The notes under the pieces: generated by a model
Databases searched by the model: none
What the model was told of the DNA's origin: nothing
Seen by the model: the letters and a program-made list of their open reading frames with translations, nothing else
Assembly (NCBI GenBank): GCA_023139105.1
Contig: JAGLOF010000052.1
Coordinates: 13,825 to 77,824, forward strand
Direction: 5' to 3'
DNA length: 64,000 nucleotides
Source: a bacterium
GTDB taxonomy: Bacteria > Zhuqueibacterota > QNDG01 > JAGLOF01
Translations under genes and position numbers: made by a program
In this document: piece after piece, positions 25,093-35,168 of the stretch
How positions within the stretch are numbered: position 1 is the stretch's first letter
How the letters are laid out: every line of letters begins with the position of its first letter

Positions 25093-26264
25093 ACAGGCAC
25101 TATGACATTATTATTGTGGGAGCGGGCCCTGCAGGCGCATGGACAGCCAGGACAGCGGCAGAGTGCGGTGCTGCTGTTTTGTTATTAGAGAAAGACCGTG
25201 AAGTCGGCGTACCTGTGCGCTGTGCTGAGGGTGTGTCTGAAAAAGGCATGAAACTGATTTTCCCCAGTATACCCGATCGCTGGATTGCTCAAATCATCAC
25301 CGGCGGTCGTCTGGTCGCGCCTGATGGGACTGCTGTTGACGCCTATCCCGGAGAACGGGGTTTCGTGCTGCATCGCAAATTATTTGATTGGGATCTTGCT
25401 GCTATGGCTGTTGATAGTGGTGCTGTTCTTCTGTGCAAAGCCAATGTAAAGGCACTTATTAAAGAAAATGGCAAAATTGCTGGTGTTCAAGCTGAAGTGC
25501 TGGGTGAGAAGCGTAGCTTTTTTGCACCTCTGGTAATTGGTGCCGATGGCACAGAATCCCGAATAGGACGCTGGGCCGGTATTCAAACGGCAGTACCGTA
25601 TGAGGATATGGATACATGTGTTCAGGCAACAATGGCAGGCCTGGATTTTGACTGCACTAAAGTAGAATTTTATGTTGGTGATAATATTGCACCCGGAGGA
25701 TATGCCTGGGTATTCCCAAAGGGGCCGGATACAGCTAATGTAGGCCTTGGTATTGGTGGAGCCTATGCTGCTGAAAAGAGACCTGTTGAGTATCTTTATG
25801 ATTTTATGGACAGACGTTTTCCCGGCAAATCAGCCGTGACAATGGTTGCAGGCGGCGTGGCTACTGCCAAGCCGCTAAAGACACTTGTAGCCGATGGTTT
25901 GATGCTTGTAGGTGATGCAGGGCGTCAGGCTAATCCATTGACAGGTGGTGGTATTGTAAATGCGCTGATAGCCGCAGAACATGCAGGCAAGTTGGCTGCC
26001 AAAGCCGTGTCTGATGGTGATGTCTCTGTCAGAGCATTGATGCCTTATCAAAAAGCATGGCACAAAGGTGAAGGTAAGATTAATCGTCTCTCTTTTAAAT
26101 TGAAAGAAGCTGTCTACCGTTTTTCAGATGATGATTTTAACCGTACAGCTCAGATGCTTTTGAAGATTCCCGAATCTAAACGTACAGCTTTTCAGATATT
26201 CAAGACAGCTCTATTTAATGAACCCCGGTTGCTTATTGATGCAGCTAAAATATTTATTACATAA
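25089..26264 (+). CDS. Geranylgeranyl reductase family flavoprotein
   Basis: YDIIIVGAGPAGAWTA...LLLEKDREVGVPVRCAEGVS...IGADGTESRI...APGGYAWVFPKGPDTANVGLGI is the geranylgeranyl reductase family pattern. The start is at ATG 25089, not 25029. Confidence 0.88.
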   Translation: MNRHYDIIIVGAGPAGAWTARTAAECGAAVLLLEKDREVGVPVRCAEGVSEKGMKLIFPSIPDRWIAQIITGGRLVAPDGTAVDAYPGERGFVLHRKLFDWDLAAMAVDSGAVLLCKANVKALIKENGKIAGVQAEVLGEKRSFFAPLVIGADGTESRIGRWAGIQTAVPYEDMDTCVQATMAGLDFDCTKVEFYVGDNIAPGGYAWVFPKGPDTANVGLGIGGAYAAEKRPVEYLYDFMDRRFPGKSAVTMVAGGVATAKPLKTLVADGLMLVGDAGRQANPLTGGGIVNALIAAEHAGKLAAKAVSDGDVSVRALMPYQKAWHKGEGKINRLSFKLKEAVYRFSDDDFNRTAQMLLKIPESKRTAFQIFKTALFNEPRLLIDAAKIFIT

Positions 26265-26280
26265 TCATCAGGATTATTAA

Positions 26281-26844
26281 ATGCGTGTATGGACTGTACC
26301 CAATGTCTTGTCTGTCTTGAGACTTGTACTTTTATATCCGATTTTTTATTATTTGATTCATCAGCGTCCATGGATTGCTGTTGCATTTATGTTCGCCGGT
26401 GTGATGTCTGATATGCTGGATGGTTATATTGCCCGGCGTTTCAATCAGCAATCTGATTTAGGCCGCATTTTAGATCCGCTTATTGACAAGATTAATGTGA
26501 TTGCTGTAGCAGGATACCTGACTTTATCTGCACATTATAATTTTCCTCTCTGGATGTTCATATTTCTGATATTAAGGGAGTTGATTGTTATTGTCGGAGG
26601 CATGGCAGTAATGCGTGGGCAGAAGATAGTAATGGAGTCAACGGTTCCGGGAAAGAGGTCTGCCTTTTTTACCGGTCTGAGCCTGCCGCTCTATGCTGTC
26701 AATCTACAGCCATGGGCATTGATTGTTCTGCTTTTTGGGTTAATTTTAACCATATATTCAACAAGTATTTACTATCAACGTTATCGCAAACATTTACGCC
26801 AGGCTGCTCCTGCGGGTAATATAGATCAAGAAGGAGCTCTGTGA
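26281..26844 (+). CDS. CDP-alcohol phosphatidyltransferase
   Basis: 187 aa. SDMLDGYIARRFNQQSDLGRILDPLIDK matches D-x2-DG-x2-AR-x8-G-x3-D-x3-D. Confidence 0.88.
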   Translation: MRVWTVPNVLSVLRLVLLYPIFYYLIHQRPWIAVAFMFAGVMSDMLDGYIARRFNQQSDLGRILDPLIDKINVIAVAGYLTLSAHYNFPLWMFIFLILRELIVIVGGMAVMRGQKIVMESTVPGKRSAFFTGLSLPLYAVNLQPWALIVLLFGLILTIYSTSIYYQRYRKHLRQAAPAGNIDQEGAL

Positions 26845-27761
26845 TGAGCAGTTTATGGAGAGATGGTCTGGGAAAGACTCGCAAGGGACTTGTTGGCAGG
26901 ATTACAGGTCTTTTTAAGAATACAACAGTGCTGGATGATGATATTCTGGATGATTTGGAAGAGTTGTTAATAGAGAGCGATATTGGTGTTGATACGGCCA
27001 TGGTGTTGATTGAAGGGCTGCGCAAGAGGATCTCCGGCCTATCCGGAGACATGTCTCAGAAGATTAAAGAGGCATTAAGGCTGGAGATTGAGGCGATGCT
27101 GCCTGATTCTACGGAGGGAAAAGACTTGCGGCAGCACCACCCGCATGTGATACTTGTTGTAGGTGTAAACGGATCGGGAAAAACCACAACCCTGGGTAAA
27201 CTGGCCGGTAGATATCATAAGGCCGGTAAGAAAGTTATGTTGGTGGGTGCAGATACATTTCGTGCGGCAGCGGCAGAGCAGCTTCAGGTTTGGGCTGACC
27301 GATCCGGTTCCATGATTATCCGGCAGGCATACGGTTCTGATCCTGCGTCTGTTGCCTATGATGGTATGGATGCAGCCATTGCCCGTGATGTAGATGTAGT
27401 TCTGATTGACACTGCCGGACGCCTTCAGAACAAGGTCAATTTAATGGAGGAGCTTCGGAAGATACGCAGGACGATTCACAAAAGAATGCCGGATGCTCCT
27501 CATGATGTATTATTGGTATTAGACGCCAATACAGGGCAGAACGGTCTTGCTCAAGCTAAAATTTTTACCGAGGCAGTTGATGTAACAGAGATAGCCTTGA
27601 CCAAACTTGATGGTACTGCAAGAGGCGGTATTGTTCTGGCTGTACAGCGTGAGACAGGCATTCCTGTGCGTTGGGCAGGATTGGGAGAGGGCATGGAAGA
27701 TCTGCTTCCTTTTGATGCAGCTGAATTTGTAGAAGGACTATTTTCGGACAATAATTCATGA
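26841..27761 (+). CDS. ftsY: Signal recognition particle receptor FtsY
   Basis: GVNGSGKTTTLGKLA, DTAGR and TKLDGTARGG. The start is GTG 26841 or ATG 26844 (AGGAG lies 7 nt upstream of the latter). Confidence 0.95.
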   Translation: MMSSLWRDGLGKTRKGLVGRITGLFKNTTVLDDDILDDLEELLIESDIGVDTAMVLIEGLRKRISGLSGDMSQKIKEALRLEIEAMLPDSTEGKDLRQHHPHVILVVGVNGSGKTTTLGKLAGRYHKAGKKVMLVGADTFRAAAAEQLQVWADRSGSMIIRQAYGSDPASVAYDGMDAAIARDVDVVLIDTAGRLQNKVNLMEELRKIRRTIHKRMPDAPHDVLLVLDANTGQNGLAQAKIFTEAVDVTEIALTKLDGTARGGIVLAVQRETGIPVRWAGLGEGMEDLLPFDAAEFVEGLFSDNNS

Positions 27762-29068
27762 TTGATACTCCAAAATTTAAAAAAGTCACATTGGTAACAT
27801 TGGGTTGCCCGAAGAATGAGGTTGATTCGGAATTTCTTGCAGGCGAACTTTCCAGGCAGGGATTAATATTGGTAGATGATGCAGAATCTGCCGATCTCAT
27901 AATAATAAATACCTGTGGTTTCATAGAAGCTGCCAAGCGTGAATCAATTGATGCCATTCTTTCGGCAACGACCATGAAAGAGGAATATCCTGACAAACGT
28001 GTTATCGTATGGGGCTGTCTCTCAGAGCGCTATAAAAATGAAATAAAAAATGAAATTCCTGAAGTAGATGCTTATTTTGGGGTAGAATCATTTCAAGATA
28101 TAGGAAAGTGGCTATGCGGTCAACGTTATCGTGTACCTTCTGATGTGCATAAAGGCCGTATTCTCTCCACACCCACCCATGTAGCTTATCTTAAAATAGC
28201 TGATGGTTGTGATCATAAATGTTCTTTCTGTGCAATTCCCGGCATCAAAGGGGCATTTCACAGCCGCTCCATGGAGAGTCTGCTGGAAGAGGCTCAGATT
28301 CTGGTAGCCGCAGGAGTAAAAGAGCTTATTTTGATAGCTCAGGACACTTCAAGATATGGTGTTGATCTTGAAGGTGATATAACACTGGTGTCATTGCTGA
28401 GACAATTAATTCAGATATGTGGGCTGGAGTGGATTCGCATCATGTATGTTCATCCTCTGCATCTTACCGAAGAACTGATAGACATTATTGCAGATGAACC
28501 GAAAATTGTAAAATATATTGATATGCCTCTACAGCATATATCAGATAATGTACTTTGCCTTATGAAACGCGGGCATGATGGCAAGAGGGTAGACCAGCTA
28601 CTCAAACGTATGAAGAGACGAATACCTGATCTAGTGTTGAGAACGGCTTTCATAGTGGGTTTTCCAGGTGAGTCTGAAGCAGATTTTGAAGAGTTGTTAG
28701 ATTTTGTCGAAACTGTCAGATTTGATCGTATGGGAGCTTTTATCTACTCTAAAGAAGAGGGTACATCGGCATCACTATTGGCTGATGAAATCCCGATTGA
28801 AACGGCACAATACAGATTTGATAGCTTAATGGCCGTGCAACTGGAGATTTCTGAAGCTCATAATGAAAAGTACATAGGTTCTATTATATCTGTAATTGTT
28901 GATGGCTATGATGATATCGAAGAGCTTCATTACGGTAGATCTCAGGGTGACGGGCTGGACATTGATCAATTGGTATGGATCAATGGAAAACCTCCTATAG
29001 GTCAGATTGTTTTTGTACTAATTGAATCGTCATCAACATATGATTTATATGGAAGCTGGAGAATCTGA
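27758..29068 (+). CDS. rimO: Ribosomal protein S12 methylthiotransferase
   Basis: LVTLGCPKNEVDSE, the radical SAM motif CDHKCSFCAIP and a C-terminal TRAM-like domain. ATGA overlap with ftsY. Confidence 0.88.
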   Translation: MIDTPKFKKVTLVTLGCPKNEVDSEFLAGELSRQGLILVDDAESADLIIINTCGFIEAAKRESIDAILSATTMKEEYPDKRVIVWGCLSERYKNEIKNEIPEVDAYFGVESFQDIGKWLCGQRYRVPSDVHKGRILSTPTHVAYLKIADGCDHKCSFCAIPGIKGAFHSRSMESLLEEAQILVAAGVKELILIAQDTSRYGVDLEGDITLVSLLRQLIQICGLEWIRIMYVHPLHLTEELIDIIADEPKIVKYIDMPLQHISDNVLCLMKRGHDGKRVDQLLKRMKRRIPDLVLRTAFIVGFPGESEADFEELLDFVETVRFDRMGAFIYSKEEGTSASLLADEIPIETAQYRFDSLMAVQLEISEAHNEKYIGSIISVIVDGYDDIEELHYGRSQGDGLDIDQLVWINGKPPIGQIVFVLIESSSTYDLYGSWRI

Positions 29069-29088
29069 AAGATTTATAGGAGGCGATC

Positions 29089-30375
29089 ATGCGCAGAAGT
29101 AAAATTTTATATTCAAGTATAATTTTAATTTTTCTACTTACGGGTATTGCTGGCTCGGTATTGGCACAACTTCCTGAGACAAGCCGTACAAATTTTGAAA
29201 AATTACCCAATTTTATTTATGATAACTTTTTCTCTGTAGGTACGCCAGGCAAAACCAAGGTTGATTTTATCTATCAGATAAAGCATGATGCATTACAGTT
29301 TTTAATGAAAGACTCTATTTATTGTGCTTCCTATGAATTTGCAATTCAAATAAAATCTGATAAAAAAGAGGTTATGGATACTAAAATTTTCTCGAGGCAT
29401 ATTAGTGTCAAGCATTATGACGAGACTTTATCCAGAAAAGATTTTGACTCGGCAGAGCAAAATTTTATGTTGCCCCCGGGAAATTATAACATCTCTATTG
29501 CATTAACAGATGACGGTACAAAGAAGACGGCTCGTCGAAATTTTAAATTAAAAGTGCCGGGCCTGGAAAGAAATGAAATTGATGTAAGCAGCATTATCTT
29601 TGGTTTTACATCTGAATCCGATGGCGACAAAGAAGCGGTGTGGTATCCTGTTGTTGATAATGTCGTTCCTGAAGATCACAGGCAAATTACTATGCGTTTT
29701 ACTGTCTATAATCGTAGTAATTTAAATAGAATGCCGGTACGGTATGAGCTTAAAAGCCTTAAAAAGAGCAATAAAGATAAACGGGAAAATGAACTGTCTG
29801 TTGAAATAGCTGATTCAATAAACTATGTTGAGCTACCTATTGATCTTTACGATTTGTCGCCCGGTAGTTATGAGATAAAGATTGAATTAGCAGATGGGAA
29901 ATTTAAGATAAAGCGCAAGTCAACAATTGTGCTTCATCTTGATGGGCTTCCTGTTTATGCAGCAGATCTTGATGATGCAATAAATTCATTGGTGCATATT
30001 GCGGATGGCAAAGAACTGAAAAAGATTAAAAAGGCTAAAGGCGATGAAAAGTCAACGCTATTTTTTCAATTTTGGGAAGCCAATGATCCTTCGCCGGGGA
30101 CTCCGGCAAACGAACTCATGGATGAATACTATAGAAGAGTCGCTTATACTATGCGGCAATTTGGTCGTTACAACCCCGGTTGGCGTACTGACCGTGGCCG
30201 TATATATATATTATTAGGCCCTCCAGATGATGTTAATCGTCGCCATTTTGAGCCTAATGTTGATCCATATGAAGTGTGGTTCTACAGTCAATATAATCGT
30301 ACTTTTCTCTTTGTAGATGAGAACGGATACGGAGAATACCGGTTAAAGACGCCGAATTGGGATATTTTTCATTGA
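29089..30375 (+). CDS. GWxTD domain-containing protein
   Basis: 428 aa with a signal peptide. The C-terminal PGWRTDRGRIYILLGPPDDV...YEVWFY is the GWxTD signature. Confidence 0.8.
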   Translation: MRRSKILYSSIILIFLLTGIAGSVLAQLPETSRTNFEKLPNFIYDNFFSVGTPGKTKVDFIYQIKHDALQFLMKDSIYCASYEFAIQIKSDKKEVMDTKIFSRHISVKHYDETLSRKDFDSAEQNFMLPPGNYNISIALTDDGTKKTARRNFKLKVPGLERNEIDVSSIIFGFTSESDGDKEAVWYPVVDNVVPEDHRQITMRFTVYNRSNLNRMPVRYELKSLKKSNKDKRENELSVEIADSINYVELPIDLYDLSPGSYEIKIELADGKFKIKRKSTIVLHLDGLPVYAADLDDAINSLVHIADGKELKKIKKAKGDEKSTLFFQFWEANDPSPGTPANELMDEYYRRVAYTMRQFGRYNPGWRTDRGRIYILLGPPDDVNRRHFEPNVDPYEVWFYSQYNRTFLFVDENGYGEYRLKTPNWDIFH

Positions 30376-30397
30376 AAATAGATGGCTGGGGGGCATA

Positions 30398-31024
30398 TTG
30401 TTGAACAATTTTAATCTGGCCGTGTTAGCATCCGGACGCGGTTCTAATTTTGAAGCCCTTGTTAAAGCTGCTAAGAATGGTGAGCTTGACGTTACATTTT
30501 GTCTGTTAATAGTCAGCAATGCGGATGCAGGTGTGCTTGATATTGCGGCAAGGCATAATATCCCTACAGCGGTTATCTGTAGGCTTGATTTTTCATCCCG
30601 AGAAGATTTTGTGGCTGCGATGGAAGATGCCCTGGAGGCTTCGGGCGCAGGATGGTTAGCACTGGCCGGTTATATGAAAAAAATTCCACCGGAGATTATT
30701 GCGCAGTTTTCACAGCGTATTTTCAATATTCATCCTGGCCTTCTTCCGGCATTTGGCGGCAAAGGTATGTATGGCCGTAAGGTGCATCAGGCTGTGTTGG
30801 ATGCTGGGTGCAAGCTTAGTGGTGTAACTATTCATATGGTAGACGGTCACTACGATCATGGCCCCATTGTTGCCCAACAGGCAGTAGTTGTTCTGCCCGG
30901 TGATGATGCGGAGATGCTGGCTGCCAGAGTGTTGAAGGCGGAGCATAGGCTATATGCCCGGGTATTACAGGCCGCTGCCAAGGGCAGGCTGCATATTGAA
31001 GATAATAAGGCCTGGATTGATTGA
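30398..31024 (+). CDS. purN: Phosphoribosylglycinamide formyltransferase
   Basis: LAVLASGRGSNFEAL, NIHPGLLPAFGG, GVTIHMVDGHYDHGPI. TTG start. Confidence 0.92.
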   Translation: MLNNFNLAVLASGRGSNFEALVKAAKNGELDVTFCLLIVSNADAGVLDIAARHNIPTAVICRLDFSSREDFVAAMEDALEASGAGWLALAGYMKKIPPEIIAQFSQRIFNIHPGLLPAFGGKGMYGRKVHQAVLDAGCKLSGVTIHMVDGHYDHGPIVAQQAVVVLPGDDAEMLAARVLKAEHRLYARVLQAAAKGRLHIEDNKAWID

Positions 31025-31151
31025 GGCATTTTTTTTGCCTTATAATAAAAATTTATATCATATGGTTGTATGTGGTTGGGATTCGGTCGATTATGAAGTA
31101 TTTGTGCCGATATTCGTCCACTGTAATCGGTATATTCAGCAGGAGGAGTAA

Positions 31152-32828
31152 TTGCAGGTTAAACGTGCATTAATAAGTGTTTCGGATAAAACGGGAATTG
31201 TAGAATTTGCCAGAGCCTTGACAGGGCACAATGTGGAAATTATTTCAACAGGCGGTACGGCAAAGCTTTTATCAGAACATAATATACCTGTGACTCCGGT
31301 TGATGAGATTACAGATGTTCCGGAGATGATGAATGGCCGTGTAAAGACTCTGCATCCCAGGATTCATGGCGCAATTCTGGGACTAAGAGACAATCCTGAT
31401 CATGTCTCTGATGCTCGTGCCCAGAATATTGAATGGATAGATATGGTTGTAGTTAACCTATATCCATTTGAACAGACAGTTGCAAGGCAGGGCATAGCAA
31501 TTGAAGAAGCTGTAGAGCAGATAGATATTGGCGGTCCCTCCATGTTGAGAAGTGCTGCTAAAAATTATCGTTATGTAGCCATAGTTACGGATCCGGCTGA
31601 TTATCAAGATATCATCACTGAAATAGATGGAGACGGACTGTCTCTGGCCTTTCGGCAGAGACTGGCAGTTAAGGCGTTCCGGCGTACAGCCAATTATGAT
31701 GCGGCAATTGATACATACCTGTCTACTGTATTTACAGATGAGCCTGTACGTCACCTTTGCTTCACCCGGGGCCGATCATTGCGTTATGGTGAGAACGGCC
31801 ACCAATCAGCGATCTTCTATAAAGATGAGCAATCTCAAGAGCCTTCTGTAGCCACTGCTGAAATTTTGCAGGGCAAGGCTCTGTCTTATAATAATTATGT
31901 GGACGCAGATGCGGCACTGGATGTTGTAAAAGATTTGGGTGATGACCCCGGTGTGGCTGTTATCAAACATACAAATCCATGCGGACTGGCCACAGCAGGA
32001 ACAATTCGTGAGGCTTTGGAAGCGGCATGGGCTGGAGATCCTGTTTCTGCATTTGGTTCTGTCATTGCGACTAACAAACCTGTAGATGCTCCATTTGCTT
32101 CATTTTTAAAAGGCAGGGATGAGATACATATCGGTTATGTCATTGAAAATGGCAAATTACTGCCCAGGGAGATGGTATCAAAGTTTGTGGAAGTCATTGT
32201 AGCTCCCGATTTTACACCGGAAGCGTTGCAAATTTTAGCCCGTGCAAAAACTTTACGTCTACTTAAGGTCGGGAGTCTGCAAGCCGGCAGTGTTGAGCCT
32301 GTAACTTATAAAAAAATTGTAGGCGGACTTCTGGAGATGGATCGTGATCAGACAATGCAAAAAGACTTTATTGTAGCTACAGAACAGGGATTTGATGAAG
32401 ATCAGAAACACCTGGCTTATTTTGCCATGACTGCGGCAAAACATTCAAAGTCAAATGCAATTATATTGGCCAGAGCATTTGCTCCCGGCTGCTATCAGGT
32501 AATGGGTATGGGGGCCGGACAGCCTAACCGTATAGATTCAATGCGCAAACTGGCCGTGACTAAGGCAGTTGAGAACCTTGAAATTGAATATAATGCCGGT
32601 AAATTTAATATTCCCATGGCGCAATATGTCCGGGAATCCATGGCAGCCATGGTTCTGGCGTCAGACGCATTTTTCCCTTTTGATGACACTGTCAGGGCTG
32701 CCGCAGAGGCAGGAATCAAATATATTGTTCAACCCGGCGGATCCAAGCGTGATGATGATTCTATTGCCGCCTGCAATGAATTGAATGTAGCCATGGCCAT
32801 GACGGGTTTACGGCATTTCAAACACTAG
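31152..32828 (+). CDS. purH: Bifunctional AICAR transformylase / IMP cyclohydrolase
   Basis: RALISVSDKTG, GRVKTLHP, IDIGGPSMLRSAAKN, KHTNPCG. TTG start 5 nt after AGGAGG (31141-31146). Confidence 0.95.
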   Translation: MQVKRALISVSDKTGIVEFARALTGHNVEIISTGGTAKLLSEHNIPVTPVDEITDVPEMMNGRVKTLHPRIHGAILGLRDNPDHVSDARAQNIEWIDMVVVNLYPFEQTVARQGIAIEEAVEQIDIGGPSMLRSAAKNYRYVAIVTDPADYQDIITEIDGDGLSLAFRQRLAVKAFRRTANYDAAIDTYLSTVFTDEPVRHLCFTRGRSLRYGENGHQSAIFYKDEQSQEPSVATAEILQGKALSYNNYVDADAALDVVKDLGDDPGVAVIKHTNPCGLATAGTIREALEAAWAGDPVSAFGSVIATNKPVDAPFASFLKGRDEIHIGYVIENGKLLPREMVSKFVEVIVAPDFTPEALQILARAKTLRLLKVGSLQAGSVEPVTYKKIVGGLLEMDRDQTMQKDFIVATEQGFDEDQKHLAYFAMTAAKHSKSNAIILARAFAPGCYQVMGMGAGQPNRIDSMRKLAVTKAVENLEIEYNAGKFNIPMAQYVRESMAAMVLASDAFFPFDDTVRAAAEAGIKYIVQPGGSKRDDDSIAACNELNVAMAMTGLRHFKH

Positions 32829-32839
32829 AGGTTATATCA

Positions 32840-33871
32840 ATGGGTTTTAATTTATTTAATTTTCTCTCTCAGGACATTGCTATTGATCTGGGTACTGCCA
32901 ATACCTTGATTCATGTTAAAGGCAAGGGGCTTTTATTGAATGAAGCTTCTGTAATAGCTGTACGTCAGGCAGATCATCAAATAGTTGCCGTGGGTAATGC
33001 TGCACGTACAATGTGGGGTAAGACGCCAGAGGGTATACTCACTGTTCGTCCTATGAAAGATGGCGTGATAGCAGATTTTGAGCTGGCAGAATTGATGATA
33101 AAACGATTTATCAAGCAGCTACAGCTCAGGCAGTGGATGCATCCGCGAATGGCTATTTCAATCCCCTCGGGTATTACTGAGGTGGAACGGCGTGCAGTAA
33201 GAGATTCAGGAGAGCATGCGGGTGCAAGACAGGTTTATCTTGTTGAAGAGCCCATGGCCGCCGCAATTGGTGTTGGTTTGCCTGTGGATGAGCCTATTGG
33301 TTCTATGGTAGTTGATATTGGTGGAGGAACCACAGAGATAGGAGTGACAGCCCTCTCGGGTCTCGTCACTAAAATTTCCATCCGCATTGGCGGTGATGAG
33401 ATGAATGACGCTGTGGTACAACATTTTAAAAAACGTCATAGTCTGCTTTTGGGAGATTTGCAAGCTGAACAGATTAAGATGGATATTGGATCTGCCTATC
33501 CCTACAAGAGTGATAAGACAATGTCTGTCAGGGGCAGAGATCTGATTTCTGGTATTCCGCAGACTGTCGAAGCTACAGCCAAAGAGATTCAGGAGGCACT
33601 GGAGGAACCTGTGCTGGCAATTGTTGAGGCTGTACGGCTGGCATTAGAGAAAACACCACCGGAGCTATCGGCAGATATATTGGAGCGAGGAATAATAATG
33701 ACGGGTGGTGGTTCATTGCTCAGGGGGATTGATGTTCGTCTTCGTCAGGAGACGCAAGTTCCTGTTAGTCTGGCTGAAGATCCGTTAACGGCTGTTGTTC
33801 GTGGTGTCGGATTGGTGCTTGATGATATCGATCGTTATCAAAAAATATTAAATTTACGGCTGAGGCGTTGA
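32840..33871 (+). CDS. mreB: Rod shape-determining protein MreB
   Basis: DIAIDLGTANTLI, MVVDIGGGTTEI, IIMTGGGSLLRGID. Confidence 0.97.
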   Translation: MGFNLFNFLSQDIAIDLGTANTLIHVKGKGLLLNEASVIAVRQADHQIVAVGNAARTMWGKTPEGILTVRPMKDGVIADFELAELMIKRFIKQLQLRQWMHPRMAISIPSGITEVERRAVRDSGEHAGARQVYLVEEPMAAAIGVGLPVDEPIGSMVVDIGGGTTEIGVTALSGLVTKISIRIGGDEMNDAVVQHFKKRHSLLLGDLQAEQIKMDIGSAYPYKSDKTMSVRGRDLISGIPQTVEATAKEIQEALEEPVLAIVEAVRLALEKTPPELSADILERGIIMTGGGSLLRGIDVRLRQETQVPVSLAEDPLTAVVRGVGLVLDDIDRYQKILNLRLRR

Positions 33872-34683
33872 AAAGAAGAATTGATTTTTCATCGGGATCA
33901 ATATGGCGCGATACTGCTGTTTTATTTATTACAGCAGGCATCGCCCTTTTCCTTATGAGCCAGAATAATTCATCGTGGTTAATGCCGTTTAAGAGAGTGA
34001 CGCCTGAAATTTTCAGCCATCTCGAAGCACCTGCACGGGACATTCTGAAGGCAGGTAAGTTGCGTGATGAAAATTACAGGCTTGCCAGAGCTCTGGCCGA
34101 TTCTGCCCTTGTCGGGCAATGGGCCTGCGAGGCATTGCTGGAGAATCAGAGATTACGAGTTTTGTTGGATTTAAAAGAGAGGGCACTGCCTGAGCTTATT
34201 GCAGCTGAGATCATTGGGCGGGCTGTACCCGGTCGTCCGGGACGTGTACATCTAATGACCAATTCGAGACTAAAAATCAGTTCTAATTGTGCAATAATCA
34301 CTGATGTCGGGCTTGCAGGACGTGTAACTGGAAGGGCCGGCAACTATATTATAGGCCAGCTTCTGACAGATCCGGCTATACGCATTGGTGCGCGTATTCA
34401 GCGCAGCAGAGTGCAGGGCATTGTACGCTGGGCTTACGGGAATGTCTGCATCATGGAAGGTGTCTCTTCCGGTTCTGATATAATCGTCGGTGACAGAATC
34501 GTTACGTCGGGACAGAGTGAGATTTATCCTGGTGGTATACTTATCGGATATGTGTTGAATGTAGAGTCAAAGCGGAAGGGATTATTCAAAACAGTTAGTT
34601 TGAGGACTGCAATTGATTTTAACTGTCTTGAGACTGTGATGATATTATTGGATAGTAAAGATTCCAAAGGGCCCATTGAATGA
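33868..34683 (+). CDS. mreC: Rod shape-determining protein MreC
   Basis: 271 aa. N-terminal TM helix, a coiled coil (ENQRLRVLLDLKE) and beta-rich domains with VTSG...YPGGILIG. Located between mreB and mreD. Confidence 0.85.
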   Translation: MKRRIDFSSGSIWRDTAVLFITAGIALFLMSQNNSSWLMPFKRVTPEIFSHLEAPARDILKAGKLRDENYRLARALADSALVGQWACEALLENQRLRVLLDLKERALPELIAAEIIGRAVPGRPGRVHLMTNSRLKISSNCAIITDVGLAGRVTGRAGNYIIGQLLTDPAIRIGARIQRSRVQGIVRWAYGNVCIMEGVSSGSDIIVGDRIVTSGQSEIYPGGILIGYVLNVESKRKGLFKTVSLRTAIDFNCLETVMILLDSKDSKGPIE

Positions 34684-35168
34684 TGCAATGGATAGTAAAA
34701 TTTCTAATTTTATTTATATTGATATGGATAGAAAGGCTTATACCCTCCCATTTGTCGAATACGGGTTTTATTCCCGATCTGGTATTGATTGCATTAATTG
34801 CATGGCTGCCGCGTCAGACAAGGGCGCATGGTATGGTCGCAGGTTTTGTCGGTGGATTATTACAGGATTTAAGTTCTCCCGGACTCCTGGGCATAACGGC
34901 ACTCGCCAAAGTACTGGCCTGTGCTGCTGCCGGTTCACTTCCCAAAGGGCGTTTCAGACATCAAACCATATGGATTATTCTTGCCATAGTAGTAGCAGGT
35001 GCTGTTCAGCAATTGGTATTCACTATAGTACTGCGAGGTTATGGAGCTTCAGGGGCATTAATACCACTTTTGCGTTATGGCCTGCCACAATACTTTGTGA
35101 CTATCTTCTATGCAGGGCTGGTAGGAATATTTATCGATTACCGGAGCGGTAGCGGAGTAGGAAATTGA
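34680..35168 (+). CDS. mreD: Rod shape-determining protein MreD
   Basis: 162 aa polytopic membrane protein (LILFILIWIERL..., GMVAGFVGGLLQDL). ATGA overlap with mreC. The alternative-frame ORF 34676..35152 is rejected. Confidence 0.8.
   Translation: MMQWIVKFLILFILIWIERLIPSHLSNTGFIPDLVLIALIAWLPRQTRAHGMVAGFVGGLLQDLSSPGLLGITALAKVLACAAAGSLPKGRFRHQTIWIILAIVVAGAVQQLVFTIVLRGYGASGALIPLLRYGLPQYFVTIFYAGLVGIFIDYRSGSGVGN

Noticed and set aside
31025-31151. Possible ZTP (pfl) or other purine-related riboswitch in the 127-nt gap upstream of purH.
   Set aside because: I could not find the conserved ZTP elements that I remember (a GACUGGCG-like 5' segment and a CCGCCUGGGC-like 3' segment), nor a convincing multi-stem fold. 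The gap contains only a weak AGGCA-U7-UGCCU hairpin, a TATAAT box and a strong RBS. An Rfam scan would settle it.
34676-35152. 158-aa ORF in an alternative frame overlapping mreD.
   Set aside because: The 34680..35168 frame gives a polytopic MreD-like membrane protein with ATGA coupling to mreC and a 4-nt overlap with mrdA. The alternative frame gives a Cys/Arg/Ser-rich non-membrane sequence with no motif.
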